A stretch of DNA of 64,000 nucleotides from Leucoraja erinacea (lineage: Eukaryota), in NCBI RefSeq assembly GCF_028641065.1, contig NC_073393.1, positions 37,076,001-37,140,000 on the forward strand, read 5' to 3'. Position 1 is the first letter of the stretch. Every line of letters begins with the position of its first letter. The notes under the pieces are model-generated. The model was not told the origin of the DNA. It made no database searches and saw nothing but the letters and a program-made list of their open reading frames with translations. Both the position numbers and the translations under genes were made by a program. This document shows positions 1 through 13,167 of this stretch, piece by piece.

Positions 1-570
1 TAAGAAGGAACTGCAGATATTGGTATAAACCAAAGATAGACACAAAAAGCTGGAGTAACTCAGCGGGACAGGCAGCATATCTGGTGAGAAGGAATGTTTG
101 ATGTTTCAGGTCGAGAACCTTTTTCAGACTGGTTAGGGATATGGGAAAAGAGAGATATAGACGGTAATGTGGAGAGATAAAGAACAATGAATGAAAGATA
201 TGCAAAAAAAAGGAATGATGATAAAGGAAACAGGCCATTGTAAGTCGTCTGTACGGTGAAAATGAGAAGCTAGTGCGACTTGGGTGGGTGAGTGAGGGAT
301 AGAGAGAGAGGGAATGCCGGAGCTACGTGAAGTGAGAGAAATCAATATTCATACCACTGGGCTGAAAGCTACCCAAGCGAAACGTAAGATGCAGTACCTC
401 CAATTTGCAGTTAGCCTCACTGGACAATGGAGGAGATTGAGGACAGAAAGGTCTGTGGTGGAATGGGAAGGAGAATTAAATTAAAAACCGGTAGATCAGG
501 TCTCGCCATTGTACAAGAGTCCACATCTTGAACAACGGATACAGTAGATGAGGATGGAGGAGGTGCCATC
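1..570 (-). mobile_element. Penelope-like element 3' fragment (terminal repeat with degenerate hammerhead at 100-130 plus GIY-YIG C-terminal remnant)
   Basis: Colinear with the better-preserved PLE at 55081-55600. Confidence 0.75.
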
Positions 571-1369
571 TTTATGTTTTCCGTATGAGATACTTTCCTT
601 CTTCATCTTTGATTAAAAATATCATTCCCTTTCCTAAATTACGCTGAACCCTGAACTTGTTCAATCTACTTTGAAAGATAGGTATCACAAAGTTCCCCAC
701 CATACCACAGGAACTGTATCCTATATTGCTTCTTTTGTAAATGATTGCATAGTTACAGAAAATACAGCATACAAATGTAAGGACAAGATAGTGACATGAA
801 AAATGTCATTGTTCTATAGCAGTTGAGGTTCAAGGATGACTTGCTTCATCTTTGGCTTTGTGGGTTCTGAGGTGCTCAAGAGGCCAATGTGGAACCCACT
901 TTTCCACACATGGGGCAGGAGATGCCTGATGTCGTGGACAGGTGAGTAGTTTGTGAAATAATGTGGCTCTTTCACCAGTACCATTTGTCCTCAAAGCATA
1001 GACCCAGGTTTCTCAATAGTATCCTGAATGCTTCTTCTCCAGAGATTTTCAGGAGTACATGGGGATTATCCATTGCTTTGAAGAGGCTTTGAATATATCC
1101 TTGAATCTTTACCTTCATCTGCCTGGTAATATCTTGACGGGAATTGGAATAGAGTTCCAGCTTCAGCAGTATGGAGTCAGGTGTGTGAGCAACAAGTGTA
1201 GTATAGGGGCTCGTTCCTCACTGTGTTTGTCTAGAAGGGAAGACTGATTTTAGTTTCCATATCCTTCCAATGCATTTGGAAAACTTTGTGTTACACAGAA
1301 TTGGTAGTATCTTTCCAGTGCCTTATCTAAAGCAACATTTGCAACATAAAGCAAACATAAAGCAACATA

Positions 1370-2525
1370 AAGCAAAGTGGATAGAGAACTGGCTGGCAAA
1401 CAGGAAGCAAAGAGTAGGAGTAAACGGGTCCTTTTCACAATGGCAGGCAGTGACTAGTGGGGGTACCGCAAGGCTCAGTGCTGGGACCCCAGCTATTTAC
1501 AATATATATTAATGATCTGGATGAGGGAATTGAAGGCAATATCTCCAAGTTTGCGGATGACACTAAGCTGGGGGGCAGTGTTAGCTGTGAGGAGGATGCT
1601 AGGAGACTGCAAGGTGACTTGGATAGGCTGGGTGAGTGGGCAAATGTTTGGCAGATGCAGTATAATGTGGATAAATGTGAGGTTATCCATTTTGGTGGCA
1701 AAAACGGGAAGGCAGACTATTATCTGGCTATTGGGGGGAGCAAGCGAGACCTGGGTGTCATGGTACACCAGTCATTGAAGGTAGGCATGCAGGTGCAGCA
1801 GGCAGTAAAGAAAGCGAATGGTATGTTAGCTTTCATTGACAAAGGATTTTAGTATAGGAGCAGGGAGGTTCTACTGCATTTCGTTGTCTCTGTACTGTAC
1901 ACTGACAATGACAATTAAATTGAATCTGAATCTGAGTTGTACAGGGTCTTGGTGAGACCACACCTGGAGTATTGCGTACAGTTTTGGTCTCCAAATCTGA
2001 GGAAGGATATTATTGCCATAGAGGGAGTGCAGAGACGGTTCACCAGACTGATTCCTGGGATGTCAGGACTGTCTTATGAAGAAAGACTGGATAGACTTGG
2101 TTTATACTCTCTAGAATTTAGGAGATTGAGAGGGGATCTTATAGAAACTTACAAAATTCTTAAGGGGTTGGACAGGCTAGATGCAGGAAGATTGTTCCCG
2201 ATGTTAGGGAAGTACAGGACAAGGGGTCACAGCTTAAGGATAAGGGGGAAATCCTTTTAAAACCGAGATGAGAAGAACTTTTTTTCACACAGAGAGTGGT
2301 GAATCTCTGGAACTCTCTGCCACAGAGGGTAGTTGAGGCCAGTTCATTGGCTATATTTAAGAGGGAGTTAGATGTGGCCCTTGTGGCTAAGGGGATCAGG
2401 GGGTATGGAGAGAAGGCAGGTACGGGATACTGAGTTGGATGATCAGCCATGATCATATTGAATGGCGGTGCAGGCTCGAAGGGCCGAATGGCCTACTCCT
2501 GCACCTAATTTCTATGTTTCTATGT
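1370..2525 (+). mobile_element. CR1 LINE, 5'-truncated (RT C-terminus and 3' UTR)
   Basis: ORFs [28 protein letters not shown] and YRVLVRPHLEYCVQFWSP; (TTTCTATG)n-like tail. Confidence 0.93.
1879..1935 (+). mobile_element. Short LINE 3'-tail fragment ending in (GAATCT)n, inserted into the CR1
   Basis: Interrupts CR1 ctactgca|gttgtacagg; a related sequence lies inverted at 32092-32138. Confidence 0.7.
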
Positions 2526-4449
2526 AACATTGAAAACTAGCTGATTTTAATCAAGTGAGTCTGAAACTGGGAAAGATGAATGAGAAAAAAATGATTACAG
2601 AATGAGAACAGCAGTGAGAATTATAAGATTTATATTAACCAGAATGTAAACCATTTTATTATACTGAGTGAGGTGACACTGAGTCATTGACACTATGCAT
2701 GGATACCATATTTAAAAAAAAACATATTTTCTGGATGCAATGTTAAAATCTTCATTTTTATTACACAAAACTGCAATTCATCCTCTAAAATTTATTTTAC
2801 TTTTATTTATCTTCCAAATCAACAATTATTTATATTTTTAAAAAGCTTGAATTATTTATCAATGATCAATTCATTTTGACTCAAAAATAATCAGCGGTAT
2901 TACATTTGGTGTTTAAAATTTCAAACATAATTCACAACAGAAATTCACAAGCTTAGAATATTGTGTGAATCTTTTATCAGAAATCATTGCCTCCTGAAAG
3001 TCAGAAATTAACTAATGTACAGTGTCAGCATAGTGACGCTTGCACCACTCTTTGCATAGCTACAAAAGCACAAAACATTAAACACATATTTGGAACATAC
3101 ATCAACAATTACATTTATTTAAAACTTCCATAAAACTTATGATCTTTGCTATTATTCCAGGAAAACAAATATACACATTTTACACAATAGTTTCTCTATT
3201 TTGAAAAAAATAGTCGTTTACAAGAGATTTTGTTCTGCATTCTTTGATTATACAATAGATTTAATTAAAATACTGAATATTTCTTTACTACAGAGTGCAA
3301 AGTTAACAACCTAGCAGAGCTGAGCCAAAAGGTAAAACTAAGCCAGTCATTTATTGGCTAATTTTTTTAAAATATATTCATAAAACACAGTAAGTTTGCG
3401 GAAATTAGGAATAAAGTTTACTCAGAGTTACCTTTTGATGTTGCAGCCATCACACGACATACAATTAGAAATGAAGACTAAACAGCAAGGGCTTTAATAA
3501 AATATGATTTGTCTTAAATTGATCTCAGTAATTTTGTTTTGCCACTGTATTTACTATTTACAATTTTGAAAAGCCACTAATTCAAAATGTCATTGCCTGA
3601 TAATGTTATGATGAGGTTTATTAAATTAATCGTCACCTCTAACAAAAGGATCACAACACATTACTGAAAATAAAAGTGATAAAGCATTTGAATCAATTAG
3701 TTGAATGTTAAGAGAAAATGTCTATTGAGTTCTACATGCTACTGCTACAATAAAATTTGAAATATATATATTTATATTTTAAAAGGCAACAATGTTGGAT
3801 AATTGCTTTAGTATGCCATAAAACAACATTTCTAAGCACTGTCAGAAATATAATATTTGCTGCTGGTTTCCATGATTCATCTTTTAGCATCAAAGCAAAC
3901 TGCAAACCTGTAATTTATTTTGAGTATTGTCTCAGTTAAACATACGTTAACAACATATTTACAACATGACTAAAACCTTTAGAAAAATCACAATTGCAAT
4001 TATTATCTCTTCTCAAGAAATGCTTTACATTCATTTTGAGGTAAATTATATTTCTGTATATCCTGGTTAGTTTCAAATTCCTTTTTATAATGTGGACATT
4101 ATCCAATTGGTCTCTATGGACTCGTTCTTGCTTAGAATGAAAACATAATTACAATATTATTGCAACAATATATATTATACCAACTAAAAGAGATAAAAAG
4201 TCATTTCTCGTGCCTGTGCCTTGCTATGGCAGGTCAGCTTGTGTATCCAACAAGAAACCATCTATAAAGTAACAATGCTCTAACAGTGGCAAACAGCATA
4301 CATTAACAAATACACTCTTCTGCAATAAACAAGGCCATCTTGTGAGAATGCATTCTTAAAAATGGGAACGCTCCAGATAAAGATAATGACAGAATTGTTC
4401 AAAATAAATCCTGAGTAAGCATGATCTATACTGAGCTCTCTATTCAAAC

Positions 4450-5640
4450 ATCAGTCTGGAAAAGAGAAAAGGTACCAGATAAGTGGAACAATGGGATTAA
4501 AGTGAAGATACTCAAAGAAGGAAGAATTTAATATTGGCATCAACTGACATGAGCTTACACTTCCATCTGTGCCAAGCAAGTAATGTGCAAGATCCCAGTC
4601 CAGCACATCAGAAGCAGCTGGTCGCATTCCCAGAAAAACATCTTTGGAAAGAGATGGCAGCACAGCCCAGATCTTTATGTACAAGATGTAATAGAACAAT
4701 GCAGAGAATGGGACCAGCCTCTCTACATACATTTCACAGACATTGAGAAAACCTCTAACACCATTCATAGGATTAGACCATGGAATACTCTGCGAGAATA
4801 AGGAATCCTTCGTTGTACAATCAATATCAAATGTATCTAAGCCAACTTTACACGAATCGTTGATCTGCTTTGAAGACAAAACTACAGCATATCAAGGGAA
4901 TGACATGTCTGCAATTCTCTTCAATTTTGCTTGTGGGAAACATGGTGTACGACAGAATATACCCCAAGAGACAGATAGACACCCTACAAAATCATCTCAC
5001 ACACCCGATAACACATGAAAGAACAAAGCAATTACTCAATATTCATCCAACAAATCACACCAAAAATTAACTGAGTAACAGATATTATAACCTTTCATCT
5101 TGATTCACCATCATCAGTATTGACATAAAATCAAGTTACCTCTAATGCTGAAACATTCATACACTTGAACAGTGCCATCAGTCAGGATGGTGGAACAGGC
5201 CAAGACATCAAGAACAAAATCAAGTCAAGAATACCTTCAGGAGCTTACATGTAGTTGGAAGAACATCAAACTATAATACCCAGACAGAACCTGAGATCTG
5301 TCGACACTTCTCTTCCAGAACGCTGAGGAATAGCAGAACTTCACATGCCCAGACTTCACTTTATACAGCCTGCCTCTGTATCTCTTGGCCCAAAACAATC
5401 CCAAACTGAGACCAGATTCTGCTGTGCAGTCAAGACAAAATAAGCACCATAAACATCAAGAGCACTGGAAATGGATGAGCCATGTGCTTCAGGTGGAAGG
5501 TGATTCCACACGAGAACAGCTAAAGATGGATACCTGAAGTGAAAGTGAAGGACAGCATTGTGCGGGAATGTGGAAATTCTCTGAAATACATGAAACAAAG
5601 CTTGGGAAACCTTGAATGGTTTGCCAGAACCAGAGATGAG
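4450..5640 (+). mobile_element. Degenerate RTE-clade LINE fragment
   Basis: Remnant RT peptide IEQCREWDQPLYIHFTDIEK, resembling the RTE motif preceding FEKAFD; many frameshifts. Confidence 0.6.
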
Positions 5641-5655
5641 TGGAAGAGAAAAAAA

Positions 5656-5855
5656 AAGACACAGTGCTGGAGTAACTCAGCAGATCAGGCAGAATCTCTA
5701 AAGAATATGGCAAGGTGACATTTCGGATCGTGACTCTTCATCAGATTGATGTTTCGGGTCAGGACTCTTCATCAGATTGACATTTCGGGTCAGGGTACCT
5801 TCTTCACTTTGTATCTTTTCTTGTAAACCAGCAACTGGTTTCCCATTTCTACATG
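5656..5855 (-). mobile_element. PLE terminal-repeat derivative with three tandem ~31-nt hammerhead-motif units (5716-5807)
   Basis: Shares tgctggagtaactcagc..ggcagcatctc with other copies; minus-strand CTGATGA..GAAA..NTC units. Confidence 0.8.
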
Positions 5856-5859
5856 GGTG

Positions 5860-6102
5860 GAAGAAGCTGAATGCTACAGGAGATTCTTCTTCCCTGTGGC
5901 TATCAAACTTTACAACTCCTCCCCCTTCTGTCGTGGGGTAGACTGAGACTGACTCCCCTCCCCCTAGCACCTCCTCAATCTTTGCACATCCTAAAAGCCT
6001 TTTCACTCCTCACTTTAATTTCACGTTTCATATATTTTGTGTTTTCTATGACTGTTGGCAAATTAATTTCCCTCCTGGGATAAATAAAGTTTTATCGTAT
6101 CG
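5860..6102 (+). mobile_element. Rex1/Babar-like LINE 3' end
   Basis: SFFPVAIKLYN-like terminal coding remnant, then 3' UTR ending gggataaataaagttttatcgtatcg. Confidence 0.55.
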
Positions 6103-6409
6103 AGCTTTGTCGCTTTGACACTAAGTGTCGAAAGTGTAATGGGTAATAAGTCAGTAGCAGTTCATTTAAAATATACCTATGACGGATTCAGAAAAAGGAA
6201 CATGTATCTCAGTCATGAAAGTAATGTTATATTATTATTAATTAACCAGTTAAATCCTAAAAACAAACAGAATATATTATACAGAGATCAATTAAAGGGA
6301 CATATGGAAACAAACTTAAGCTAGAAGTTGTTCATAGTAGCCACTGTCTTCTGAATGTTTAATAAGGTTTCCTTATTCAATGTTTCTTCCCTGCAGCTGA
6401 ATGAACCTA

Positions 6410-6553
<144 letters not shown>

Positions 6554-6999
6554 TTATATCTTAATTATTTTAAAATAATTGTAATTATTTTGTAAGTAAT
6601 TACTGTCCTATTTTAAACTGCAATTCCCTATTTCAAACAAGATGGAGACACAAGAGGCTGCAGAAGCTGAAATTTGGAGCAACAACCTGCTAAAGTAACT
6701 AATCGGATTGGTCAGCACCTGTGGGGAGGAAAGGAATTGTCCATGTTCCGACCGAATGGGGAAGGAAGATAACCAAGGAGAGGGGGAAGAGTAAGTTAAG
6801 GGCAGGAGATGGTATGTGGACTGAGGAGGGATGAAGGATGCTGGGCAAATGGAGCCAGGTAGGGGAGCAGGAGTGGTAGAATTGGAAGAGAGGTAAATGG
6901 AGAGATATCATAGATGCAGGCAAAATAAAAGGTGAGGGGGGGTGGGGGGAGGGTGCGGGAGAGAGGGTGAAGGTGAAGACAGGTGGATCCTGAAGATCC

Positions 7000-7415
7000 A
7001 TTGAATGGATGTACAGGAGATGCTGCCTCAAAATGGCAGCCAATATCATGAAAGACCCACACCAGCCTGGCCACACTCTCATCTCGCCACGACCAATGGG
7101 AAGAAAGTGCAGGAGCCGGAAAACCAGGAACTGCAGGTTCAAGAACAGCTTCTTCCCAACAAGCTTCATAGTCTCAAACACTGCACAGCACTAACAACAA
7201 CCCTATCTCAGCAATTATGATCTACTTTGTTTTTTGTCTTTGTTTGCACTACATCCTTTGTTTTCTTTGCTCTATCATGATCTGGTTACCTCGTATAACT
7301 GCTTATCAATTTATTGTATTATGGATTATTGTACATTCATTGTATTCTATTGCATTAATGGGCCTGTAAAGCTGCAGTAAGTAAGAAATTGTTTGGTTGC
7401 GGGTACTTTGACAAT
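7000..7415 (+). mobile_element. Rex1/Babar-like LINE 3' fragment
   Basis: Peptide YRRCCLKMAANIMKDPHQPGHTLISPRPMGRKCRS..RFKNSFFP is homologous to the 11090-11620 ORF. Confidence 0.75.
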
Positions 7416-9021
7416 TAACCACTTTCATGATCTTGTGAGCTAGGAGGGTGATAAGCTACCAATATGAAGGGAGATGGAACCAGAACCAGGTGGGGAAGAG
7501 GTGGGGAGAGAATGATGGGTAAAATGTGTGGATAGTAGGTGGATAGAATTAGAGGGGGAGGAGGACAGTAATGGGTGGTGGAGGGCTGGAGTGAGAAGAA
7601 GGGGTTATGGAAAAGGGGACAACACATAGCAGATAAGCATTACCTGAAATTGGAAAATTTAATGTTCGTACCATTAGGTTGTAGATTACTCAGGCGGAAT
7701 ATGTTATTCTTCTATTTTTAATTGGGCCATTAAATCAAATATTTTTCAATTCCATTACTGAGATAGCCAAGAATAAAGGATAAAGAATAAAGTTGGGTCA
7801 TTTGACTCAACTTGGCCATGCCGGACATTAGCTCAGTGGCTTGGAGTACTGAACCACAGACATGAGTTGAAGTCCCAGCACAGCAACTGAGTAATTTAAA
7901 TTCAGTTAAATGAATAAATCTGTAATAAAAACTAGTGCTAGGAAGTGTGAAACCACCTAGGTGTTGCAAAATAAGGCATCAGGGACGGAAATCTGGCACA
8001 TATACATCTATAGACTGACATTTCTGTTTGTCGTAAACCATCATATGACCATTCAGTTTAAGAGCAATTATGGATGTGGGGGCAATAAAATGTCAGGCTT
8101 GCCATTTATACCCACCGCACAAACAAATAAAACATAAGGATAGGGAAGAAAAGATGACCTGGACTTTATAGGATTTGGTCCCAGATGATTGCCTAGAGAT
8201 GATTTTAACAATTGGATATTTTTGGCCATTCAAAGTTCTGAGACAGACCGTAATTGAAGCAATTTTATATTCTGGACATTAAGTTATGTCTTTGAAGCCA
8301 GCACTTATCCTGTCTAAACAGATTTTGACAGCTGTTTTCAGATACAAGTTGGCAAAAGCCAGAAGAAAAGGGGGGAAAAAATGCAATTGGTAGCTATTCA
8401 ATTATTTTCAGAAATTGGAAGAATAACAGTTAAAAATAAAGAGGGACTCAAGATTATGAGATGAATAGCAGGTGTTTATTTGTTAACTTTAAAAAATGTG
8501 TGAAGTGTTGGAGGGTGTTAACTTGAAAGAAATAAAACTGCTTCTGACAGTTCACAGTTTTATTACATTAACATTAGTAGTTCTTTTGGCAATATGGTGA
8601 ATAAATTGAAAGCTTGCAACTATCTTTCCAACGGGGGACATAAAAACTACTTTAGAGGTGAAGCCAGTAAAAACACTGAGGGAAATTTGGAGGGCGGTGA
8701 ACAATCACAGCACCAAAGATTCCAGCTTTTATTCTTTCAAAACATTGTAATACCTAAAGTTAAAATCACCAATTATAACTCTCTTTGATCAAACATAGGA
8801 TTCACTACACTGACTTTGGATTTTAAAATTGTGTTAGTGATCAGATCACTGTAAAGGATTCCCATTCCTTGTGTTGGTTTATCTCTGATGGCAGTGGTAT
8901 GGTATACATACATACAAGTGACAAGCAAGAAAAGGCCACTCAGCCCTTCAAACCACATCTGGCTAATCTGACTGCAACCTCAAATCAGCATTCCTCTCTA
9001 CCTGCAATAACCTTTCAGCCA

Positions 9022-9162
9022 GTAGACACAAAATGCTGCAGTAACTCAGTGGGACAGGCAGCATCTCTGGAGAGAAGAAATGGGTGACGTTTCGGGTTGA
9101 GACCCGTCTTCAGACTTCAGACCTTTGATTTAAACCAGCATCTGCAGTTCTTTCCTACACAT
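9022..9162 (-). mobile_element. PLE terminal-repeat derivative with intact hammerhead core (9083-9116)
   Basis: Minus strand AGT-CTGAAGA-C-GGGT-CTCA-ACCC-GAAAC-GTC-ACC. Confidence 0.8.
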
Positions 9163-10889
9163 AACCTTTCAGCCCATTGCTTATCAAGTATCCACCAACA
9201 TCTGCCTTGAAAATATTCTAAGGACCAGCTTCCATCGCCCTTTAACGAACCGCTGTACGGCAAGACAGAACAAATGCATGCAAGGGTGTGTTACACAAAA
9301 ATAGATTCATCTGAAATAATCAAACCTATATTCTAATGCAATCATCCAAATATATTCTAAAACATTGGAACTCTCTGACAGCTCCTTTTATATTGACTGA
9401 AATGTTTGTTTTTAGTCTGTGCTCTGCTTTGAATGCTCATAACTAGGCTAGAAGCCAAAGTGCAAAAATTACCCTTGAGATTTCCTGAGATACAGAGTGG
9501 AAATAATCATTCCCACTCAGACTGTTTGCAACTTTATTGTGCTAAACTTATGGTTTCCATTCCGTTTTTTTTTCCATCAAAAGAACTATTGACTTCCTTC
9601 CGTTAGTATTGGCTAACTCCTACTGAAACCCATCTTGCATCACTTGCCTCCACACAAGACTGGATCAATGCTCAACAGTTAGTTTTCCATTCTCAACTCT
9701 CCATAGATTTCAGCTCATCCAAAACTCTGCCACTCATAACACAACTTGTATCAAATTCCTCTTAGTCTCTCAGCTTGCTGAACTACATTGGGTCATGTTC
9801 CCTCAATTCCTTTCCACCTGCTAAAACATTGGGGAACCTGTTGCAATCCATCAGTCGAAGTTACTTCCGCAATCCTGTTTGATAGGGAATCCAGGATTTA
9901 AACCCAGCAACGTTGAGAAAAGAAAATTGAAATTTTAATGGGGAACATGCAGATTGTGGTGTTCACATGCACCTAAACCCTTTGTTGCTCTTAGAGCTGG
10001 AGGTGACGGGTTTGGTTGTGTTGTTGGAATTGACTAGGTGAATAACTAGGCTACATCTTATATACGGTACAAATTGCATTCACTGTGAGCTGGAGGTTGA
10101 GGGAATGAATGTTTAAAGGGGGTGCTAATCAAGCCTAATGATTTATCCTGGTTGAGCTGCTCGAGTGTTCTTGGAGCTACACAAAATCTTGTAAGTCGGT
10201 GTGTTGCATTACACTATAGTTTATGCCTAGTAGATGGTGGAACAGCTTCGCAATATTAGACGGTAATTCAAACGCTGACGGAGCTACAACATGTGGATGG
10301 TCAAGTTGAGTTTCCGGTCAATAGTGGCTCAAAAGAATGTTGCCAGTGGGGAACTCAACAATGGATTTATAATTGAGTAAGAAGCGGAGGTGGTTAGACT
10401 CTCTCACATTGGAGACGACCATTGATTGGAACTTTTGTGGGATCAATGCTATTTGCCACTTATTATCTAACACCAGAAAGTTGACTAGGTCTTGCTCATG
10501 CAGACAAAGACTTTTTCATTTGTGGAGGAATTGTGAATGGAAATGAACATCTCCACTTCTGATTATTGAAAGATCATTGATGAAGCAGGTCAAGATCATT
10601 GGATATTGAATCTTAGACATTGCCCCGAAGAACTCGTGCAACAATGTCGTGGGACTGGGAGATTGAGCTCCAACAGTGAAGAAAATTAGTTTGCTTCCTA
10701 TCCAGACAAATCATACTAGACACGAGTACAATCAAGCCACACATAAAAATAACAAGTGCGAAAAGAAAAGTAGCAGATTGCAGAATACATGCAGAATGGT
10801 TTTGCCGACCATTTCGCTGAACATTTGCGTTCTGTCCGCCAAGGCTCGAGGAAACTCCCAATTGCTAACCATTTTAACTCCCCTTCTTA

Positions 10890-11620
10890 ATGAATGAATG
10901 AATCTCTTTATTGTCATTGCACATGGTACAACGAAATTTAAAAGTCAATCCCACGGTGCGATTCACAAGAGCAATTTTAAATATATAAGATAAGGTAAAA
11001 ATACATACATATAAATTTTTTTTTAAATTACAGATAAATAATAATAGCAGCTGAGGTAGAGCCATTCAGTTGAATGTGAGTGTTATTTCTTATTTTGCAT
11101 TGTTAAGTTCACGTATGGCTATGGGGTAGAAGCTGTCTGTGAGTCTGTTTGTGCGAGTTTTGAAAGACCTGTACCGTCTGCCAGAGGGCAGCAGGTGGAA
11201 CAGGTTGTGTCCAGGGTGGAAAGGGTCCTTCAGGATGTTGGCTGCCCTGCCAAGGCAGTGAGAGCTGAAGATGTCCTTCAGGGAGGGCAGTGGGCAGCCA
11301 GTGATTTTTTGTGCAGTGTTGATGACCCTTTGAAGGGCTCTCCTGTCCGCTGCAGAGCAGCTGGCATACCATGTGGTTATACAGTACGCCAGCACACTCT
11401 CGATGGAGCAGCGGTAGAAGGACACCAGCAGCTTCTCCTCCAGGTTGTTTTTCCTGAGGATCCTCAGAAAGTAGAGTCGCTGCTGGGCCTTCTTGACTGC
11501 TGTGGTGGTGTGTGTAGTCCAGGAGAGATCCTCCGTAATTTGTGTGCCCAGGAATCTGAAGTCTGAGACCCTTTCCACACAGTCGCCATTGATGAATAGG
11601 GGTTTGAGGGCTGCACTGTT
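10890..11620 (-). mobile_element. Rex1/Babar-like LINE, 5'-truncated, with an uninterrupted RT C-terminal ORF
   Basis: ORF LFINGDCVERVSDFRFLG..KAQQRLYFLRILRK..FYRCSIESVL..LLPSGRRYRS..DSFYPIAIRELN; 3' tail AATTTCGTTG..AATGACAATAAAG-(ATTC)n. Confidence 0.88.
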
Positions 11621-11744
11621 CTCATTCTCATACTGACCTTTCTGGCCTGGGCCTCCTACTTTGCGTCTGTGTTCACCTATGGTCTCCCATGCTTTGCCCT
11701 GCCCCTCCACACTTCGAGCTTTCTTTCCTCACACTCCTGCCATC

Positions 11745-11890
11745 AGCCTGAAGAAGGGTCCCGACCCAAAACTTTACCCATCAGTGTTCTCCAGGGTTGC
11801 TGCCCAGCTTAGATCTCCACGGATGCTGCCCGGCTCCAGCATTTTGTGTCTTTCTTTGGTAAACCAGCATCTGCAGTTTCTTGTTTCTAG
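11745..11890 (+). mobile_element. PLE terminal-repeat derivative (hammerhead core with GAAA>AAAA)
   Basis: CTGAAGAAGGGTCCCGACCCAAAA followed by family sequence. Confidence 0.7.
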
Positions 11891-12254
11891 ATCTAAGTCT
11901 CTATTATTTAACATGACTGCAGTATCACACAAAATAATGGGAATGTCCTCAGTTTTCTTTCCACAGAGACTGTGTGGCAGTTACTTCTACCACTCCAATC
12001 ATGGCAAACTCGCCGCCTGACACAGACCTATTCTAGTTGCTCTGTCAGGACTCTACCAATTCAGTCGATGGAGGTAATTCCAAGGCAGTCACGGTGACAG
12101 ATATTAACGTCGCCATCCACAGTTCACTCATGGATTTAATTGACAGAATATTACAGATGACCAAAAAAAAACCTGCAAATGTTTCAGAATGTACATCATC
12201 AAAGATTCTTTTCATGCATACAATTATTTTTCAATAACTTTTCAATGTTACTTA

Positions 12255-12347
<93 letters not shown>

Positions 12348-12492
12348 TTATGAATGTCATATAAATGATCTCAATTTATTTCAACATCAAATTATTAGGA
12401 TTCCATTCTCTCTGTTTTGACTCCCTAACTAAATATTACGGCATTAAATTCCAATCCTTCAAATTTGAACATCTGAAGCCACATGAAATCTG

Positions 12493-12625
12493 AACAATAG
12501 ACAATAGCTGCAGGAGTAGGCCATTCGGCCCTTCGAACCATTCAATGTGATCATGGTTGATCAAGCCAAATCAGTACCCCGTTCCTGCCTTCTCCCCATA
12601 TCCCCTGACTCCGTTATCTTTAAGA
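12493..12625 (-). mobile_element. CR1 3' end fragment
   Basis: Reverse complement of the CR1 3' UTR seen at 2400-2510. Confidence 0.85.
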
Positions 12626-13167
12626 GATCTGAACTAAAGGTAAATTCCTGAAATTCTTAAATTGAATTTGAATATTCAATGGAAAATCAATTTCACAAAT
12701 ATTAAATAAATACAAATCGTATTGCAATTTTAAAAAAATATTAAGGGCAGTACCGGGAATCATCTGCATGCAGAATGTTGGTATGAACTGTTGCCCCTTT
12801 AATTCCCATGCTGTCAGGTTCTTGTCCTCACCCTCATCATTGTGCATGAGGCAGAGTCCAGTTAATTTCCAGAGTAAGGGGTGTTTGTATGGAGATGACC
12901 TACAGGGAGACCTCTAAACAGGCTGTGCTTCATTTAGCAGCTACTTTTAACGTGAAGTTGATGTTTCAGCTTGCCTTACAATTTGGAAAATGACCATTCA
13001 GCCCATTAAGTGAATGTCGACTAGATCAAACTCGTTTTCTACTTATTTCTCTGTCACCTATACCGTCTCACATGCCCATTCACTAACATCCCATAACCTC
13101 TGCCAATTCTCCTACTATCCACACCTCACCTAATTTTCAGTGGCCAATTATCTCATCAACTGGCACA

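Larger units (their letters stand above)
2740..6409 (-). other. Probable WWP2 3' UTR / downstream transcribed region (3' end uncertain)
   Basis: Follows the stop codon. Long AT-rich non-repeat block at 2530-4440 has several minus-strand AATAAA (plus tttatt near 2757, 2791, 2802, 3114, 3350). Weaker ATTAAA at ~6014 and ~6358 could end the transcript earlier. Confidence 0.45.

Noticed and set aside
5716-5807. 31-nt tandem units superficially like a CRISPR array
   Set aside because: No unique spacers, no cas genes, eukaryotic context; the units are hammerhead motifs from a PLE repeat.
6699-7181. 160-aa minus-strand ORF next to the last exon
   Set aside because: Antisense of a Rex1/Babar remnant plus a purine-rich low-complexity tract; not needed for the spliced frame.
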